A stretch of 52,345 nt of DNA from Rhodospirillaceae bacterium (GTDB lineage Bacteria > Pseudomonadota > Alphaproteobacteria > UBA828): positions 1-52,345 of the forward strand of contig PBDG01000073.1 in assembly GCA_002717225.1 (NCBI GenBank), given 5' to 3'. The position numbers and the translations under genes are program-made. Under the pieces are notes generated by a model. The model saw nothing but the letters and a program-made list of their open reading frames with translations, had not been told where the DNA came from and ran no database searches. Below, one piece after another: positions 51,940-52,345 of this stretch (positions are counted from its first letter, which is position 1; each line of letters opens with the position of its first letter).

Positions 51940-52345
51940 ATGGGCACCACTCTGCCGCCCATTCAGTTCGGCACCTCTGGTTGGCGCGGATTAATCGCCA
52001 AGGATTTCACCTTTGACCGCGTGCGCCTTGCTGCTCAAGGTACCGCTGATTACCTCAAGGCCGAACGCCGCAAAAAAACTTCGCCGCTTGCTGCCCGCAA
52101 GCCTACCATCATCCTCGGCCACGACGCCCGCTTCCTCGGCCGCGATTTCGCCCTTGCCGCCGCCGAGGTGCTTGAAGCCAACGGCTTCACCCCCCTGCTC
52201 TGCGACCGCGACACGCCCACCCCCGTCATCAGTCACGCCATTCGCGCCCGTAAAGCACTCGGCGGCATCAACCTCACCGCCAGTCATAACCCTTCCGAAT
52301 GGCAGGGCCTGAAATTTTCACTACACAACGGTGCCCCAGCCACGC
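51940..52345 (+). CDS. Phosphoglucomutase/phosphomannomutase-family protein, N-terminal fragment (3' end outside window)
   Basis: This ORF is not in the ORF track because no stop lies inside the window. My own translation from ATG 51940 gives MGTTLPPIQFGTSGWRG...GINLTASHNPSEWQGLKF. That contains the FGTSGWRG motif and the TASHNP phosphoserine loop. Confidence 0.8.
   Translation, partial: MGTTLPPIQFGTSGWRGLIAKDFTFDRVRLAAQGTADYLKAERRKKTSPLAARKPTIILGHDARFLGRDFALAAAEVLEANGFTPLLCDRDTPTPVISHAIRARKALGGINLTASHNPSEWQGLKFSLHNGAPAT

Noticed and set aside
1-52345. A window-wide look for CRISPR repeats, IS elements or transposases, prophage genes, toxin-antitoxin pairs or known defence-system signatures
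   Set aside because: I recognised none. Every sizeable ORF could be assigned to a housekeeping, envelope or metabolic family, or to the hypothetical genes listed. Reading by eye cannot exclude short dispersed repeats.

Overview
This is a gene-dense bacterial chromosomal segment with about 50 CDS, 2 tRNA-Pro genes and very little intergenic space. The gene content includes a signal-peptide tricorn-like protease, a formylglycine-type sulfatase, DUF3500-like and ConA-like secreted proteins, shc/hpnG and a UbiD-family decarboxylase. That mix suggests a PVC-type organism (Verrucomicrobiota/Planctomycetota-like), but this is inference only. The window is overwhelmingly housekeeping. It holds a DEAD-box helicase, ispF, argS, ptsN, pyrE, msrA, queD, dapF-dapA-dapB-folK, panB-moaC-mog-psd, yicC-gmk-coaC, ymdB, rlmD, mutT, an aquaporin and nuoA. 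It also holds an NAD-linked formate dehydrogenase cluster (fdsB-fdhA-fdhD), a hopanoid cluster (shc-hpnG with a convergent squalene/presqualene synthase) and a sigma-54 two-component pair. I saw no CRISPR array, transposase, integrase, phage genes or recognisable defence/toxin modules, so I cannot point to a clear-cut novel system. The most noteworthy observations are these. (1) The two FdhA ORFs in the track are one selenoprotein, joined by an in-frame UGA followed by an fdhF-like SECIS hairpin. (2) The fdsB-fdhA block is much more GC-rich than its neighbours, including its partner fdhD. (3) gmk carries an apparent -1 frameshift inside the P-loop codons. (4) A tandem pair of paralogous secreted proteins is built from a reiterated ~42-aa module flanking a ConA-like domain; this is the best candidate for something uncharacterised. 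(5) An overlapping LuxE-like/LuxC-like (fatty-acid-reductase-type) gene pair occurs without luciferase genes. (6) An NRAMP-fold transporter lacks the canonical metal-binding motifs and carries a ~100-aa insertion. (7) Recurrent sigma-70-like promoters sit so close to start codons that leaderless mRNAs are implied. All functional calls rest on motif recognition by eye; no searches were run.
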